Below are positions 1-9,745 of a stretch of DNA of 33,104 bases, piece after piece. Source of the DNA: a virus (lineage: Duplodnaviria > Caudoviricetes); the IMG/VR virus record IMGVR_UViG_3300037484_000322, positions 1-33,104 of that record; one strand, 5' to 3'. The stretch's first letter is position 1; the number at the start of each line of letters is the position of its first letter. A program made the translations under genes and the position numbers. The notes below the pieces were generated by a model that saw only the letters and a list, made by a program, of their open reading frames with translations, searched no databases and was not told the origin of the DNA.

Positions 1-230
1 TGTCTCGGTTGAATCAGTTGTCTCCGTTTGAAGTGGCGCTGGAAATCGGACGGATTGAAGAGAGGCTCACGCCTCCCAGTCCAAAAGTAGTCACACAATC
101 TCCCAAGCCACTCCAGAATGTCACTGGTGGTAATGAAGTTGTTGCAAAAGATGCTAAAGACATGAACATGGACGAATACGCGAAAGCGAATGAACATCGC
201 TTTGCGTGGCGAGGGGGGAAAAGGCGATAA
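1..230 (+). CDS. Scaffolding protein, C-terminal part (5' truncated by window)
   Basis: Lies directly upstream of the coat gene. Has a Pro-rich linker and a 'KDMNMDEYAK...RR' C-terminus typical of P22-like scaffolds. Confidence 0.7.
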   Translation, partial: SRLNQLSPFEVALEIGRIEERLTPPSPKVVTQSPKPLQNVTGGNEVVAKDAKDMNMDEYAKANEHRFAWRGGKRR

Positions 231-242
231 AAGGGGAGTTAA

Positions 243-1412
243 ATGGCTAATACAATCATCACCCCTGCGATAATTGCCAAGGAAGCCGCGCTTCAGTTGG
301 TGAATAACCTGGTGTTTGCTCGGTTGGCGAATAAGCAGTTCAAGAACGATTTCGGCGTCAAGGTGGGAGATTCGATCTCCTATCGGAAGCCGGTGAAATT
401 CTCCGCAACGGATGGGGCTACTCTTGCGCTCCAAGACGTGACGGAAACCTCTGGGACCATTACCATCGACAAGCGGAAGCATGTCGGTTGGGCCTGGAAT
501 GCAAAAGACCTCACCCTCTCGATTGATGAATACGTCGAGCGGTATGTCAAACCCGCTTGTATCACCTTGGCGAACCAAGTTGATATGGACGGAGCAGCCC
601 TCTACAAGGACGTGTATAATGCGTCTGGTACGGCTGGGGGTGACGTGGAATTCGCGTCGATGCTTGATACCAAGCAGAAGATGACTGAGTTTTCGGTCAT
701 GCTGAACGATCGTTTTGCGGCGCTTTCTCCGGCTGCATCGAATTCTCTGGTCCTGTCTCTTACAGCGAATGTCTTCCAGCCTTCGATGATTGAAGATATC
801 ACCAAGGAAGCAACGCTTGGTCGTCTTTCGGGATTTGATCTGTTCGAGTCTCAGAATGTGCCGAGTCACACCAAGGGAACGGCGACCACGATCACGCTGG
901 CGTCGAATCCTGCGGAAGGTGCTTCGTCCGTCAGTTTGACGGCAGGTGGAAATGGCACGCTGGTCAAGGGTGATATCATCACCTTCGCAGTGTGCAATGC
1001 GGTCAATCCGATCAGCAAGTCTGACCTCGGCTATGCCGCGCAGTTCGTTGTGACCACCACGACCACGGTGACCACGGCGACCTCAGTGCCGATCTCACCC
1101 GCAATGAAGGCGGCAACGGCGTACCAGAACGTGACGGCTCTTCCGACGACCGGTTCTAACGTGGTGACGTTGGTGAGCAGCCATAAGGCGAACCTTGCGT
1201 TCCAGAGGAATGCGTTTTCGCTCGTGACGGTGCCGATTCAGGCTCCTGACGGTGTGCCGTGGAGTGAGACGGTGGAATATCAGGGCATGAGCATCCGCCT
1301 GATTAAGGACTATGACATCACGAACGATCAGGAGATTGTTCGTCTGGACGTGCTCTACGGCTGGACGGCGACCTATCCTGATCTGGCGTGCCGCATCTTG
1401 GGCAACTCGTAA
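243..1412 (+). CDS. Major capsid protein, P22 coat (gp5) family
   Basis: 389 aa, RBS AAGGGGAG. Motifs 'MANTIITP..IAKEA', 'KVGDSISYRKP' and C-terminal 'RLDVLYGW...YPDLACRI' match P22-type coat proteins. Confidence 0.92.
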   Translation: MANTIITPAIIAKEAALQLVNNLVFARLANKQFKNDFGVKVGDSISYRKPVKFSATDGATLALQDVTETSGTITIDKRKHVGWAWNAKDLTLSIDEYVERYVKPACITLANQVDMDGAALYKDVYNASGTAGGDVEFASMLDTKQKMTEFSVMLNDRFAALSPAASNSLVLSLTANVFQPSMIEDITKEATLGRLSGFDLFESQNVPSHTKGTATTITLASNPAEGASSVSLTAGGNGTLVKGDIITFAVCNAVNPISKSDLGYAAQFVVTTTTTVTTATSVPISPAMKAATAYQNVTALPTTGSNVVTLVSSHKANLAFQRNAFSLVTVPIQAPDGVPWSETVEYQGMSIRLIKDYDITNDQEIVRLDVLYGWTATYPDLACRILGNS

Positions 1413-1433
1413 CCAGAAAAGAAAGGAAGTATC

Positions 1434-1772
1434 ATGGCTATCACTTCAACAGAAACATCCACGAAGGAGTATCTCGGTCACGAGTCTCCTGATGGGGCGG
1501 TGCTTGGAAAAGCCACCACGTCTCTCGTGGCGTTCCACGGCTCATCGCCGGTGGATCAGGGTGCGGCCTTAACCGCTCAACTGACCACCATCACCATCGC
1601 GGATGCGGCTGGTACGCCTGACTATGCACTTCAGGCGCTTACCACGTCGTCTCCGTATGGCTTGGCGACGTTGGCAGAGGCAGTTACTCTGCTGTACGTC
1701 ATCAAAAATCTTCAAACGCGAGTCGCTGAACTCGAAACCCGCCTGACGGAAAAAGGGTTGGTGGCTGCGTAA
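1434..1772 (+). CDS. Putative head decoration / head fibre protein
   Basis: Follows the capsid gene, RBS AAGGAAG. Motif 'PDG..LG......VAFHG..PV.Q' and C-terminal coiled coil 'L..KGLVA'. Confidence 0.6.
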   Translation: MAITSTETSTKEYLGHESPDGAVLGKATTSLVAFHGSSPVDQGAALTAQLTTITIADAAGTPDYALQALTTSSPYGLATLAEAVTLLYVIKNLQTRVAELETRLTEKGLVAA

Positions 1773-1984
1773 GAGAAGCGTCCTAGCTGGGTAGGCTCAA
1801 GAAGAGCCGAGGATATAGGTGAGGGTGGGTGGCAGCTAGGTTATGGGTGGTGTAGGTTGGTGAGTCTGCACAGCAGTAATCCAACTGAGGGCGTGCGATG
1901 CACGAGGGCTCTTTATGAGCAATATCTCTTTGTGTTGTGTGTTTGTCATCTTGAAATTGATCTGTACCTTTTGAGGAATGAAGC

Positions 1985-2680
1985 ATGACCATCCAAGATA
2001 TTCTTAACGGGGCCTTTCAAGAACTGGGTGTTCTTGCCACTGGAGAAACACTCTCTGCGGACATGTCGCAGGATGCGAAAAGAAAACTGAACTTAATGCT
2101 TGGCTCGTGGTCCATTCGGAATATCACGATACTTGCCATGATTGAAGAGTCATTTACTCTGACTGCGAACGATGGGGACTACACCATAGGAACGGCGGGA
2201 AATTTTAATACAGATCGTCCGTTGAAGATTGTGAACGCATCTCTCGAAGATGAAAACGATCTGTTTACCACAATCGAACTTATTGGAGAAGACCAATACT
2301 CGTCCTACGGAGATCGAGCCATCATTACTGGTCCTCCCTCGCACCTGTGGTATAAGCCGTCACAACCACTTGGCCGTATCCGGCTTTATCCACTCCCTGA
2401 TGCTGCTGATACGCTCCATATTACTTCCCAGAAGGCGTTTGCTTCGATCACGTCCTTGAGTGCAGAACTTGACATTGATCCTGTTTCTTTAGAAGCGGTT
2501 GTATACAATCTGGCGGTTCGATTGGGGCCTGGATATGGAGTCACACCGAGTCCTCTTGTGATTCAGACAGCCCAAGACCTCTTTGATCGGTTGCTGGTGT
2601 ATTCGGCTCCTGATATGACTATGTTCCCTGATACAGGAGTTCGCAGCCGTACACCCTCTTCCATTTATACGGTTGACTAA
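1985..2680 (+). CDS. Head-tail adaptor, P22 gp4-like DNA stabilisation protein
   Basis: Motifs 'TIQDIL..A..ELGV', 'LN.ML.SW' and 'EAVVYNLAVRL.P.YG'. Lies just before the gp10-like gene. Confidence 0.75.
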   Translation: MTIQDILNGAFQELGVLATGETLSADMSQDAKRKLNLMLGSWSIRNITILAMIEESFTLTANDGDYTIGTAGNFNTDRPLKIVNASLEDENDLFTTIELIGEDQYSSYGDRAIITGPPSHLWYKPSQPLGRIRLYPLPDAADTLHITSQKAFASITSLSAELDIDPVSLEAVVYNLAVRLGPGYGVTPSPLVIQTAQDLFDRLLVYSAPDMTMFPDTGVRSRTPSSIYTVD

Positions 2681-4116
2681 TGGAACTAGAGAACTTCATT
2701 GGTGGTTCTTATCCTGCTGAGAGTATCAACATCAATACTCAGCGGACGATGAACCTTGTTCCGACCTTGGGTGGACCGGAAGGAAAGACACCTGTGATGC
2801 TCCTGGGGGCTCCAGGCTTGGACCTGTGGGCATCTGTGGGGGATTCTCCGATTCGTGGAGCCCATGTGGTCGGGCACCGGCTGTTTGTGGTATCAGGCCC
2901 AACTGTCTTTCAAATTCTGAATGATGCGTCATCGACTGTCGTAGGGACACTTGAAACGTCTGTAGGGACAGTGAAGATGGAGCACAATGCCAACTCAGAA
3001 TTGGCGATTGTGGATGGACGTTTTGTGTACGTGTATGATTACAGTACCTCTGTTTTTGCCAAACCAGACCCGCAGCCTGTTGGTCAGCCCACGTCGATTG
3101 CGTTTCTTGACCAGTACCTTATTGTCAGTATGCAGGACTCCTTCTTCTTTGCGCTGAGTGACCTCAATGATGCGATGACGTGGAATCCGGTTCAACTCGG
3201 AGCGGCAGAAGCTTCTCCAGACTTTCTTCAAGCGGTTTGGACCATGCACCGGCAACTCTACTTGTTCGGAGAACTGACCACGGAGATTTGGTATGACGCA
3301 GGAACGAATCCTTTTCCGTTTCAGTCAACCTCTGGTGTGATTGATTGGGGCCTTCAGGCAGTCGATAGTGTGGCACAAGTTGCTGATACTATCGCTTGGC
3401 TGGGTCGTCATAAGCAAGGGTCTCCTGGTGGACGAGTCGTGGTCGCTTCTGGGCTAGACACGACAGCTATTTCAACACCGGCACTTGAAGCCCGTTGGCG
3501 CTCTTACCCCACGACGGCTGATGCGTTTGGATTCAGCTATCAGATGGATGGACATGATTTTTACGGGATCACCTTCTTGGCTGGTGGAGAAACCTTTGTT
3601 TATGACTTTATGACTCAACTCTGGCACGAGCGGTCGAGCTATGATCTTGGGGCCTGGAGAACACGGGACGTGGTGCGCTTCATCAACCGCATGATTGCCA
3701 CAGACCGTGTGACCGGCAATCTGTATGAAATCTCTTCAGATGCCCATGAAGATAACGGAGAACCAATTGTCTGGTCCCGTCGATCTCCCCACTACTGGGC
3801 TGAACGAAAACGTCTGGTGGTTCATAAGCTTGAAGTTGAATTTGAACAAGGAGTGACTGATGCGTTTGTGACGGCTCCGACTGTGCAGTTGCGAGTCAGT
3901 AAAGACGGGGGGCACTCATGGTCGAACTGGATGACAGAGGCACTCGGATTTACCGGGCAGCGTGAAGCACGGGCTCAGTGGTACCGGCTGGGTCAGATGC
4001 GGGATATTGTTTTTGAGATTCAAGGTGCGTCCAATACGAAAGTGGCTATTCTTGGAGCCAGTGCAGAATTCTCCGGTGGTCGAATGAGGGCCGCAACATC
4101 TGAGGAAGGATCATAA
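2680..4116 (+). CDS. Tail hub, P22 gp10-like packaged DNA stabilisation protein
   Basis: 478 aa. Motifs 'AEASPD', 'LFGELTTEIWY', 'YQMDGHDFY', 'TFVYD..TQLWHER', 'SKDGGHSWSN' and 'WYRLG'. Confidence 0.9.
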   Translation: MELENFIGGSYPAESININTQRTMNLVPTLGGPEGKTPVMLLGAPGLDLWASVGDSPIRGAHVVGHRLFVVSGPTVFQILNDASSTVVGTLETSVGTVKMEHNANSELAIVDGRFVYVYDYSTSVFAKPDPQPVGQPTSIAFLDQYLIVSMQDSFFFALSDLNDAMTWNPVQLGAAEASPDFLQAVWTMHRQLYLFGELTTEIWYDAGTNPFPFQSTSGVIDWGLQAVDSVAQVADTIAWLGRHKQGSPGGRVVVASGLDTTAISTPALEARWRSYPTTADAFGFSYQMDGHDFYGITFLAGGETFVYDFMTQLWHERSSYDLGAWRTRDVVRFINRMIATDRVTGNLYEISSDAHEDNGEPIVWSRRSPHYWAERKRLVVHKLEVEFEQGVTDAFVTAPTVQLRVSKDGGHSWSNWMTEALGFTGQREARAQWYRLGQMRDIVFEIQGASNTKVAILGASAEFSGGRMRAATSEEGS

Positions 4117-5108
4117 TGTCTCTTCCTCCAGTCCCCCATACGACGGCCTTTCAGGATAGCAAGACAGGGAAGATTTCTCAACCGTGGCTTCAATGGCTTG
4201 AACTCCTTCGTCAAGAAGCCATCACAACGTCTGACCAAGGAACGGTCTCGCATTCTGATCTGACGGGTGTGACCGCAGACCAGCACCATGCTGAAGTCCA
4301 TACGCACGCTTCATCCACAGCCATTTCTCATCTTGATCTTTCTGTGGTGACGGCCAATCAGCACCATGCTCAATCTCATATCCATGACGGGGTGGACGGT
4401 TCAGGTCTCGTTGAGTATTTTGGGTCTGTTGTTTCTGAAACAAGTTATGGACAAGCCGCATCAAATGGCGCACTTGGCACGATCAGCAGGAGTGACCATA
4501 CGCACGGAACTCCTGTGGCTTCTGGGGTTACAGAAGTTGTTAGAGCACAATATAGACAAAAAGAAGGTTTGACGTGGAGTACGCGGTGGTATGTTCCATA
4601 TCAAAGAACGCATGACATCTCTGGTGTTTCTTTTGTGTTAAATCGTTTATATGCAATTCCTTTTAATTCTGGAAATATTGCAACAATCACAGGGATTGGT
4701 CTTTTTAAGCAAGACGCGGTAAATTCAAATTATCGAATCGGGATTTATAATAATATAGCAAATAATGACTTGTATCCGTCATCTCTTGTTGGACAAGTGG
4801 AACTGACTCCTGGTGCAAGTTCGGGGTTCAAATCCACAGTAGCAAGTTTGTCATTAACTGCAAATACACTCTACTGGATTGTTGGGTGCGCGAGTTCGAC
4901 GTCCTCATTAGGAGGTTGTGGTATCGGAAATACTGATTTTGGTCAATTTGCTGGATATGACCCGTCAGATATTTCCCTTCGTCCTGCCGGGTATGTCAGG
5001 GCTGTATTTACTTATGCTTCACTCCCTGATCCTTTCCCGGCTGGAGGTATTATCCCTCTTGGAATTGTTGACGCATCTATGTATACTTTTTTTCTAAAAT
5101 CTGGTTAA
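4116..5108 (+). CDS. Tail needle/fibre (gp26 position) with His-rich repeats and C-terminal beta-sandwich knob
   Basis: Immediately after gp10. N-terminal 'PP.P.....D..TG.....W..W', two 5-His repeats, an 'SRSDHTH' fibre motif and a beta-rich C-terminus. Confidence 0.6.
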   Translation: MSLPPVPHTTAFQDSKTGKISQPWLQWLELLRQEAITTSDQGTVSHSDLTGVTADQHHAEVHTHASSTAISHLDLSVVTANQHHAQSHIHDGVDGSGLVEYFGSVVSETSYGQAASNGALGTISRSDHTHGTPVASGVTEVVRAQYRQKEGLTWSTRWYVPYQRTHDISGVSFVLNRLYAIPFNSGNIATITGIGLFKQDAVNSNYRIGIYNNIANNDLYPSSLVGQVELTPGASSGFKSTVASLSLTANTLYWIVGCASSTSSLGGCGIGNTDFGQFAGYDPSDISLRPAGYVRAVFTYASLPDPFPAGGIIPLGIVDASMYTFFLKSG

Positions 5109-5111
5109 TGC

Positions 5112-5870
5112 ATGAGCCACCGAGACATTACTATTGGAATTCCTGAACGTGATCCAAATGCGACGACGGACGATCATGCCGAATTGCAGAATGTCACGTC
5201 AGATCAGCACCATGCAAAGAGCCACACCCATAGTGGGGCTGATGGGTCTGGAACAGTCAGCTATGATTCATTGTCTGATCTGCCCTCATCTGGAGTGACG
5301 CTCCATGATAATGACTCCCACGAGACGATAGGGTTCCCTGCTTCAAGTGCTCCTGGTGATTCCACTCAACAGGGCACGTCACTCTCAGTCGCTCGACTCG
5401 ACCACAAGCACGCGAGAGAGGCTTTTGGTATTCCTCATGGAAGTTTTCCTGGTGATGGGGCAGATATCGGAAGTTCTGCGTCCATCTCACGGGCCGATCA
5501 TCGTCATGGTCGAGAAGGCCAACAGGCTCTTTTTCTTCCAGGTGAAGATGGGCAAGATGGACAAGATGGGTTTCCAGGGACTCCTGGACCGCAAGGTCTC
5601 CAAGGCTTCCAAGGGCCTCCGGGCCTCTCAGGGCTCGATGGTGAAGATGGGCAGGATGGGTTTGTGGTAGGAATTGGTAGCCACGACCATACAACGATGC
5701 TCGATCTTTCTGTCATTCCTGCTGGTTCTCCAAGCCTAAAAATCACCGCCACATCTGACGTACCAACAGTTGCATTTACTGGTGGTGGTAATGCTCCAAC
5801 AACTGCTCCTGCTGGATATTTAGAAATTCTTGTTGGAGCTACACCATATTACATCCCTTTTTGGGTGTAA
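5112..5870 (+). CDS. Fibre protein with His-rich repeats and collagen-like Gly-X-Y segment
   Basis: One 5-His repeat, two R.DH.H motifs, a (GXY)n run 'GEDGQDGQDGFPGTPGPQG...' and C-terminal 'PAGYLEI.VG.TPYYIPFW'. Confidence 0.7.
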   Translation: MSHRDITIGIPERDPNATTDDHAELQNVTSDQHHAKSHTHSGADGSGTVSYDSLSDLPSSGVTLHDNDSHETIGFPASSAPGDSTQQGTSLSVARLDHKHAREAFGIPHGSFPGDGADIGSSASISRADHRHGREGQQALFLPGEDGQDGQDGFPGTPGPQGLQGFQGPPGLSGLDGEDGQDGFVVGIGSHDHTTMLDLSVIPAGSPSLKITATSDVPTVAFTGGGNAPTTAPAGYLEILVGATPYYIPFWV

Positions 5871-5925
5871 AGAGTACTAATAATGTATAAAGAACAATTT
5901 ATACAAGAAAGCAAGGGAGAGTAAC

Positions 5926-6645
5926 ATGGCAATAGGATATGCAGCAGCAGGTGGGGCCGCACTTGGAGCAGCTGGTGGATTTATGGGGGCTCGTTCAGCC
6001 AATAAGAACATTGGCGCTGCCTCCAATCTCTTGAGTGAGTATGCGACCCGTGCTGCGACTCAGTATAATGCTGGTCTCAGTAATATGACGAGTACGCTCC
6101 AGCCCTATATGCAACTGGGTCAGCGTACCATGCCTGATATTGAGGGTCGAGCGAGAATGGGAGTTGATCCCACACTCACTGGCTTCAATATGCAGAATTA
6201 TTTTAATGATCCGGGCTACCAATTCCAACTCCAGCAAGGCCAGCAAGGAATTAACCAAGCTGCCGCAGCAAGGGGGAATTTCTTTGCTCCTGCTACCATG
6301 CAAGCCTTGGGGCAGAATCAGCAAGGGTTGGCTGCACAGGGATATGGTGACGCCTTCAATCGGTACATGGCCGAACAGCAAGGGCTGTATGGTCAGCAAA
6401 TGGGTAATCAGCAGCAGATGTATAATCAGCTTGCTGGACTGCTTGGATATGGAAGTCAAGCGACTGGACAACTTGCTCAAGGTCAGTACGGAACAGCGCA
6501 GTCACTTGGACAGAATCAAATGCAACTTGGTTCTGATCTGGCGAACTTGCAGATGGGTCGCCAGAATCCTTATGCTGCTGCAATCCAAGGTGGAATCTCT
6601 GGGGCAGGTGCTGGTATGGGTGCGTATAACGCATTTGGGAAATAA
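5926..6645 (+). CDS. DNA ejection/pilot protein (P22 gp7-like)
   Basis: Rich in Gly/Ala/Gln. Motifs 'LQPY.Q.G' and 'DPGYQFQLQQGQQ.IN.AAAARG'. Confidence 0.8.
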   Translation: MAIGYAAAGGAALGAAGGFMGARSANKNIGAASNLLSEYATRAATQYNAGLSNMTSTLQPYMQLGQRTMPDIEGRARMGVDPTLTGFNMQNYFNDPGYQFQLQQGQQGINQAAAARGNFFAPATMQALGQNQQGLAAQGYGDAFNRYMAEQQGLYGQQMGNQQQMYNQLAGLLGYGSQATGQLAQGQYGTAQSLGQNQMQLGSDLANLQMGRQNPYAAAIQGGISGAGAGMGAYNAFGK

Positions 6646-6653
6646 GGTGACAC

Positions 6654-8234
6654 ATGCCCATTGATCCTTCTCTCATTCGACAACCTTCTGGAATTGACTT
6701 TTCCCCCTTCTTTCAGTCTCTTGGGGCTGGAACTCAAATCCGTGGAAATAAGCTCCAAAATCGACTGTTAGAACTGAAATTGAACGAGAGCAAAGAGGCT
6801 CAAGACTTCTTTCAGGGCCTCATCACGCAAGGACAGCAAGCAGGGGCTCCAGCAGCCCCAGAAACAGCCCCGGAGGGCACTCCTGGGGTAGGGCAGCCTC
6901 CTGCCCCTACGAACGCCCTTGGAGGTCTAGGAGTGGCTCCTGTGGCTTCTGGACAGATCGACTGGGCATCATTGGCAAAAGACCCCCGTGTCCAGACAAA
7001 TCCTGTCCTTGCTGAGCGTGTTCAGAGCATGATGAATATGCAAGTGAACGCTCAAAATGCGTCTATGAATCAGTTGAAAACACAGATGGAGACTCAAACC
7101 TTTCTTCGTGAAGAACAGCAACGAGTAGACTTAACGAAAGAATTGACTGACGCTGGACGATCACCTGCGGATACCAAGGCCATTCTTCGGCTCTATGACT
7201 CAAAATCCCCTGATGCGTTGACATTAGCTGCTTCTGCTGTGGCACAGCCGAATAAGAGTCTTGCTGACTTGCGGAGTGATCTTCGAGCGACAAGGCTCGG
7301 TGGAGTGACTGAGCAGACGATTCAGGACATTATGGCCCGTGCTGAGGCATCTGGGAAACCCATCACTCGTGAGAAGGCCCACATGCAGTATCAGAAGTTC
7401 CAGGGGTATGCAAGGGCCGAAGGCACCAGAGAGGCTGAAATTGATCTGACGAAGCGGGAATTGGGGACAAAAGGACTTCGAGTGTACGCGGCTCAATCTC
7501 TCTTCCTTGGTAAAGAGCCCTCTTCTCGAAATCTGGCCCTTTCTGCACTCGTGAAAGAAGAAGAAGCCAAGATGATTGATGAGATTGGCAAACGTCGTGG
7601 AGTCAAACTCTCCGAAATGGACAAGTACACGATTCGTGGACAAGCCCAATCTTTGTACGGCTCACTGACCTTTCAGCAGAAGTGGGCTGATGTCACGTAC
7701 AATATGTCTCAAACCTTGGATGGGATGCTTCCAGAAGTGATGAAGTCATATAATCAGATGCCGGTGTCTGCACGAGCGAAGCCCCTTCGTGAGCTTCAAG
7801 GCTATGTGGCACAGCACCTTGAAGGAAGTGAAGCAGTTGGTCGCTTTATTGTGCTCTCAACAGAAATGGCACGGGAATACAACCGTATTCTGCTCTCTGG
7901 TCCGATGGGAGGGGGTGGAACTCCTGGGTCTGTGGAAGAGCGCCAAGTCACTGAAGGATGGTTGGCTGGTGCGACTTCTCCTAGCACTTTTATCGGATCA
8001 ATGAACGGGATGAAGAAAGGGTCTGAAATTCGCTTGGAAGCGCATACCGCAGCGAAGAAGCGGATTATGAAGCAGATGGATGATTTGACTGGCGGGCATA
8101 GTGCTGATCTCATTGCGACACCACAAAAGCCCTCAACCATCTTGCCCTATCTCACGCCACAGCAACTTGATGATCTTCCTCTCGAAGATTTACAGCGACT
8201 CCAAGGTCAACAGCAGGAAGCGGGGCAACCATAA
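6654..8234 (+). CDS. Putative DNA ejection (internal virion) protein
   Basis: 526 aa and helical. Lies between the gp7-like gene and the tailspike; begins 'MPIDPS'. Confidence 0.55.
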   Translation: MPIDPSLIRQPSGIDFSPFFQSLGAGTQIRGNKLQNRLLELKLNESKEAQDFFQGLITQGQQAGAPAAPETAPEGTPGVGQPPAPTNALGGLGVAPVASGQIDWASLAKDPRVQTNPVLAERVQSMMNMQVNAQNASMNQLKTQMETQTFLREEQQRVDLTKELTDAGRSPADTKAILRLYDSKSPDALTLAASAVAQPNKSLADLRSDLRATRLGGVTEQTIQDIMARAEASGKPITREKAHMQYQKFQGYARAEGTREAEIDLTKRELGTKGLRVYAAQSLFLGKEPSSRNLALSALVKEEEAKMIDEIGKRRGVKLSEMDKYTIRGQAQSLYGSLTFQQKWADVTYNMSQTLDGMLPEVMKSYNQMPVSARAKPLRELQGYVAQHLEGSEAVGRFIVLSTEMAREYNRILLSGPMGGGGTPGSVEERQVTEGWLAGATSPSTFIGSMNGMKKGSEIRLEAHTAAKKRIMKQMDDLTGGHSADLIATPQKPSTILPYLTPQQLDDLPLEDLQRLQGQQQEAGQP

Positions 8235-9745
8235 TGGCAACAGCAGCAGAACTTGAAGCAGCCATTGCTCGAAAGCAAGGTCTGGCCGGTCCTGGTGGAC
8301 TTCCTGCTCCTACCACCCCAGAGCAGAATCCTTCTATGCTTGGGGCACTTGGGACTGCGGCAGCGAACCAGTTTGTCCCGGCACTCAAGGCTACAGGAAC
8401 CGCAGCCGCACGGATGCTTGTCCCTGGATTTAGTACCTATGAGACAATGACACCCTCTCCCTCCGGTCTTCCTGCGACTGGCCTTCAGTATGGGATGGCT
8501 GCGTTTAATGACCTTCTGGCAACACTTCCAGGCATTAGTGCAGTGAAGTATTTCCGTCGTATCCCGCTCAAGGGACCGGCTCCGGTTGGTATGCAAGGTC
8601 AGAGGATTCCTGTCAGGGGGGGAGTAGAAAAGGCGAGAGAGGCTGAATCAGCAGCCCATGAACGAGTGCTCACAGCCCTCCGTCCCGATCAAGCAGCCAA
8701 AGAATACTACCAAGCCGCAGAAGTCTTGGCCGCAGAGAATGCCGAGGTCTACTACGCTCCCCGTGTGGCTCAAGCGATTGATGCCTTCCTGACTAAACAC
8801 GCTCCTACAGTTCGTGAGAAGTCCACAACGATTGAGACATTTCCAAAAAACTATGTTGAGAAAACAGTTCAAGTAGCCGGGAAACCACAGCCTAAGCTGA
8901 CTGGAACTGAGACTGTTGGAATGCGATCTACTCAGTCCATTCAGCAGTCAGAACAGTTTGCTACTGGGATCGAGAAAGCCTATCAAGACCTGGCGAGTTT
9001 GAGTGAGAAGCTCAACTCTTCTGGAAGTGCTGTTGAGCCACCGGATTGGAAGTCAGTCAAGAATCAGGTCCAGTCCCTCTACAACATGGCAAAGGGTGAT
9101 CCCAGACGTGGTGATCTCGTCCCGGTGCTCAATGCTTTCAAAGAGGATTTAGCTGCCGTTCGGTCCCCATCGAGTGAATTGATGCAGCGTGGAGACGCCG
9201 CCGCTCAGCGGCAGTCAGCCCTAGAAGTCATTTCGGAAGCGGCACTCAAGAATTCAAAGATTTCGACTACCCCAGATGGAAAAGCCATTCGACGGGTGAA
9301 TGCGAATCAAATGGCAAAAGAGTTGGTGCATCCTGACAACAAATACTTGATGTCTACCTTTACTGCTTCAGAGCGAGAAATCATGGAGCGGACATGGGGA
9401 GCGATTGCCAAGATTCAAGAACTGGATGCGGGAGCCAAGAATACGATCAGTTCAGCCCTCGCCTCAATCCGTTTGGGTGATAAGATCGGTCTTCGACTTG
9501 GAGAGTTCGCTGGTCAGGGGGTGACGCCTTCTCGACCGTATGCGATTGACTTGGTGAACACCGCGATGCTACTCCCAGGTGGAGCCCAGATGATTCGGAG
9601 TGTCATGCCAAAAGGCTTTCTCACTCAAACAGGGCAATTGATGATTGCCAACTTTGTCCTCTCGACTGCGAGAGCACGAACACAGGAAAGAAAAGGTCCA
9701 GTCCCTTCTCCGACTTCTGACTTTAACCCGCAAAGGCTCCCATAA
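8234..9745 (+). CDS. Putative DNA ejection (internal virion) protein
   Basis: 503 aa, Ala-rich and helical. TAATG-coupled to both neighbours, in the P22 gp16 position. Confidence 0.5.
   Translation: MATAAELEAAIARKQGLAGPGGLPAPTTPEQNPSMLGALGTAAANQFVPALKATGTAAARMLVPGFSTYETMTPSPSGLPATGLQYGMAAFNDLLATLPGISAVKYFRRIPLKGPAPVGMQGQRIPVRGGVEKAREAESAAHERVLTALRPDQAAKEYYQAAEVLAAENAEVYYAPRVAQAIDAFLTKHAPTVREKSTTIETFPKNYVEKTVQVAGKPQPKLTGTETVGMRSTQSIQQSEQFATGIEKAYQDLASLSEKLNSSGSAVEPPDWKSVKNQVQSLYNMAKGDPRRGDLVPVLNAFKEDLAAVRSPSSELMQRGDAAAQRQSALEVISEAALKNSKISTTPDGKAIRRVNANQMAKELVHPDNKYLMSTFTASEREIMERTWGAIAKIQELDAGAKNTISSALASIRLGDKIGLRLGEFAGQGVTPSRPYAIDLVNTAMLLPGGAQMIRSVMPKGFLTQTGQLMIANFVLSTARARTQERKGPVPSPTSDFNPQRLP

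Noticed and set aside
5257-5752. Cys/Pro-repeat ORFs on the - strand, and the many other antisense ORFs in the track
   Set aside because: They are shadows of collagen or other well-supported genes on the opposite strand, with no RBS or motifs.
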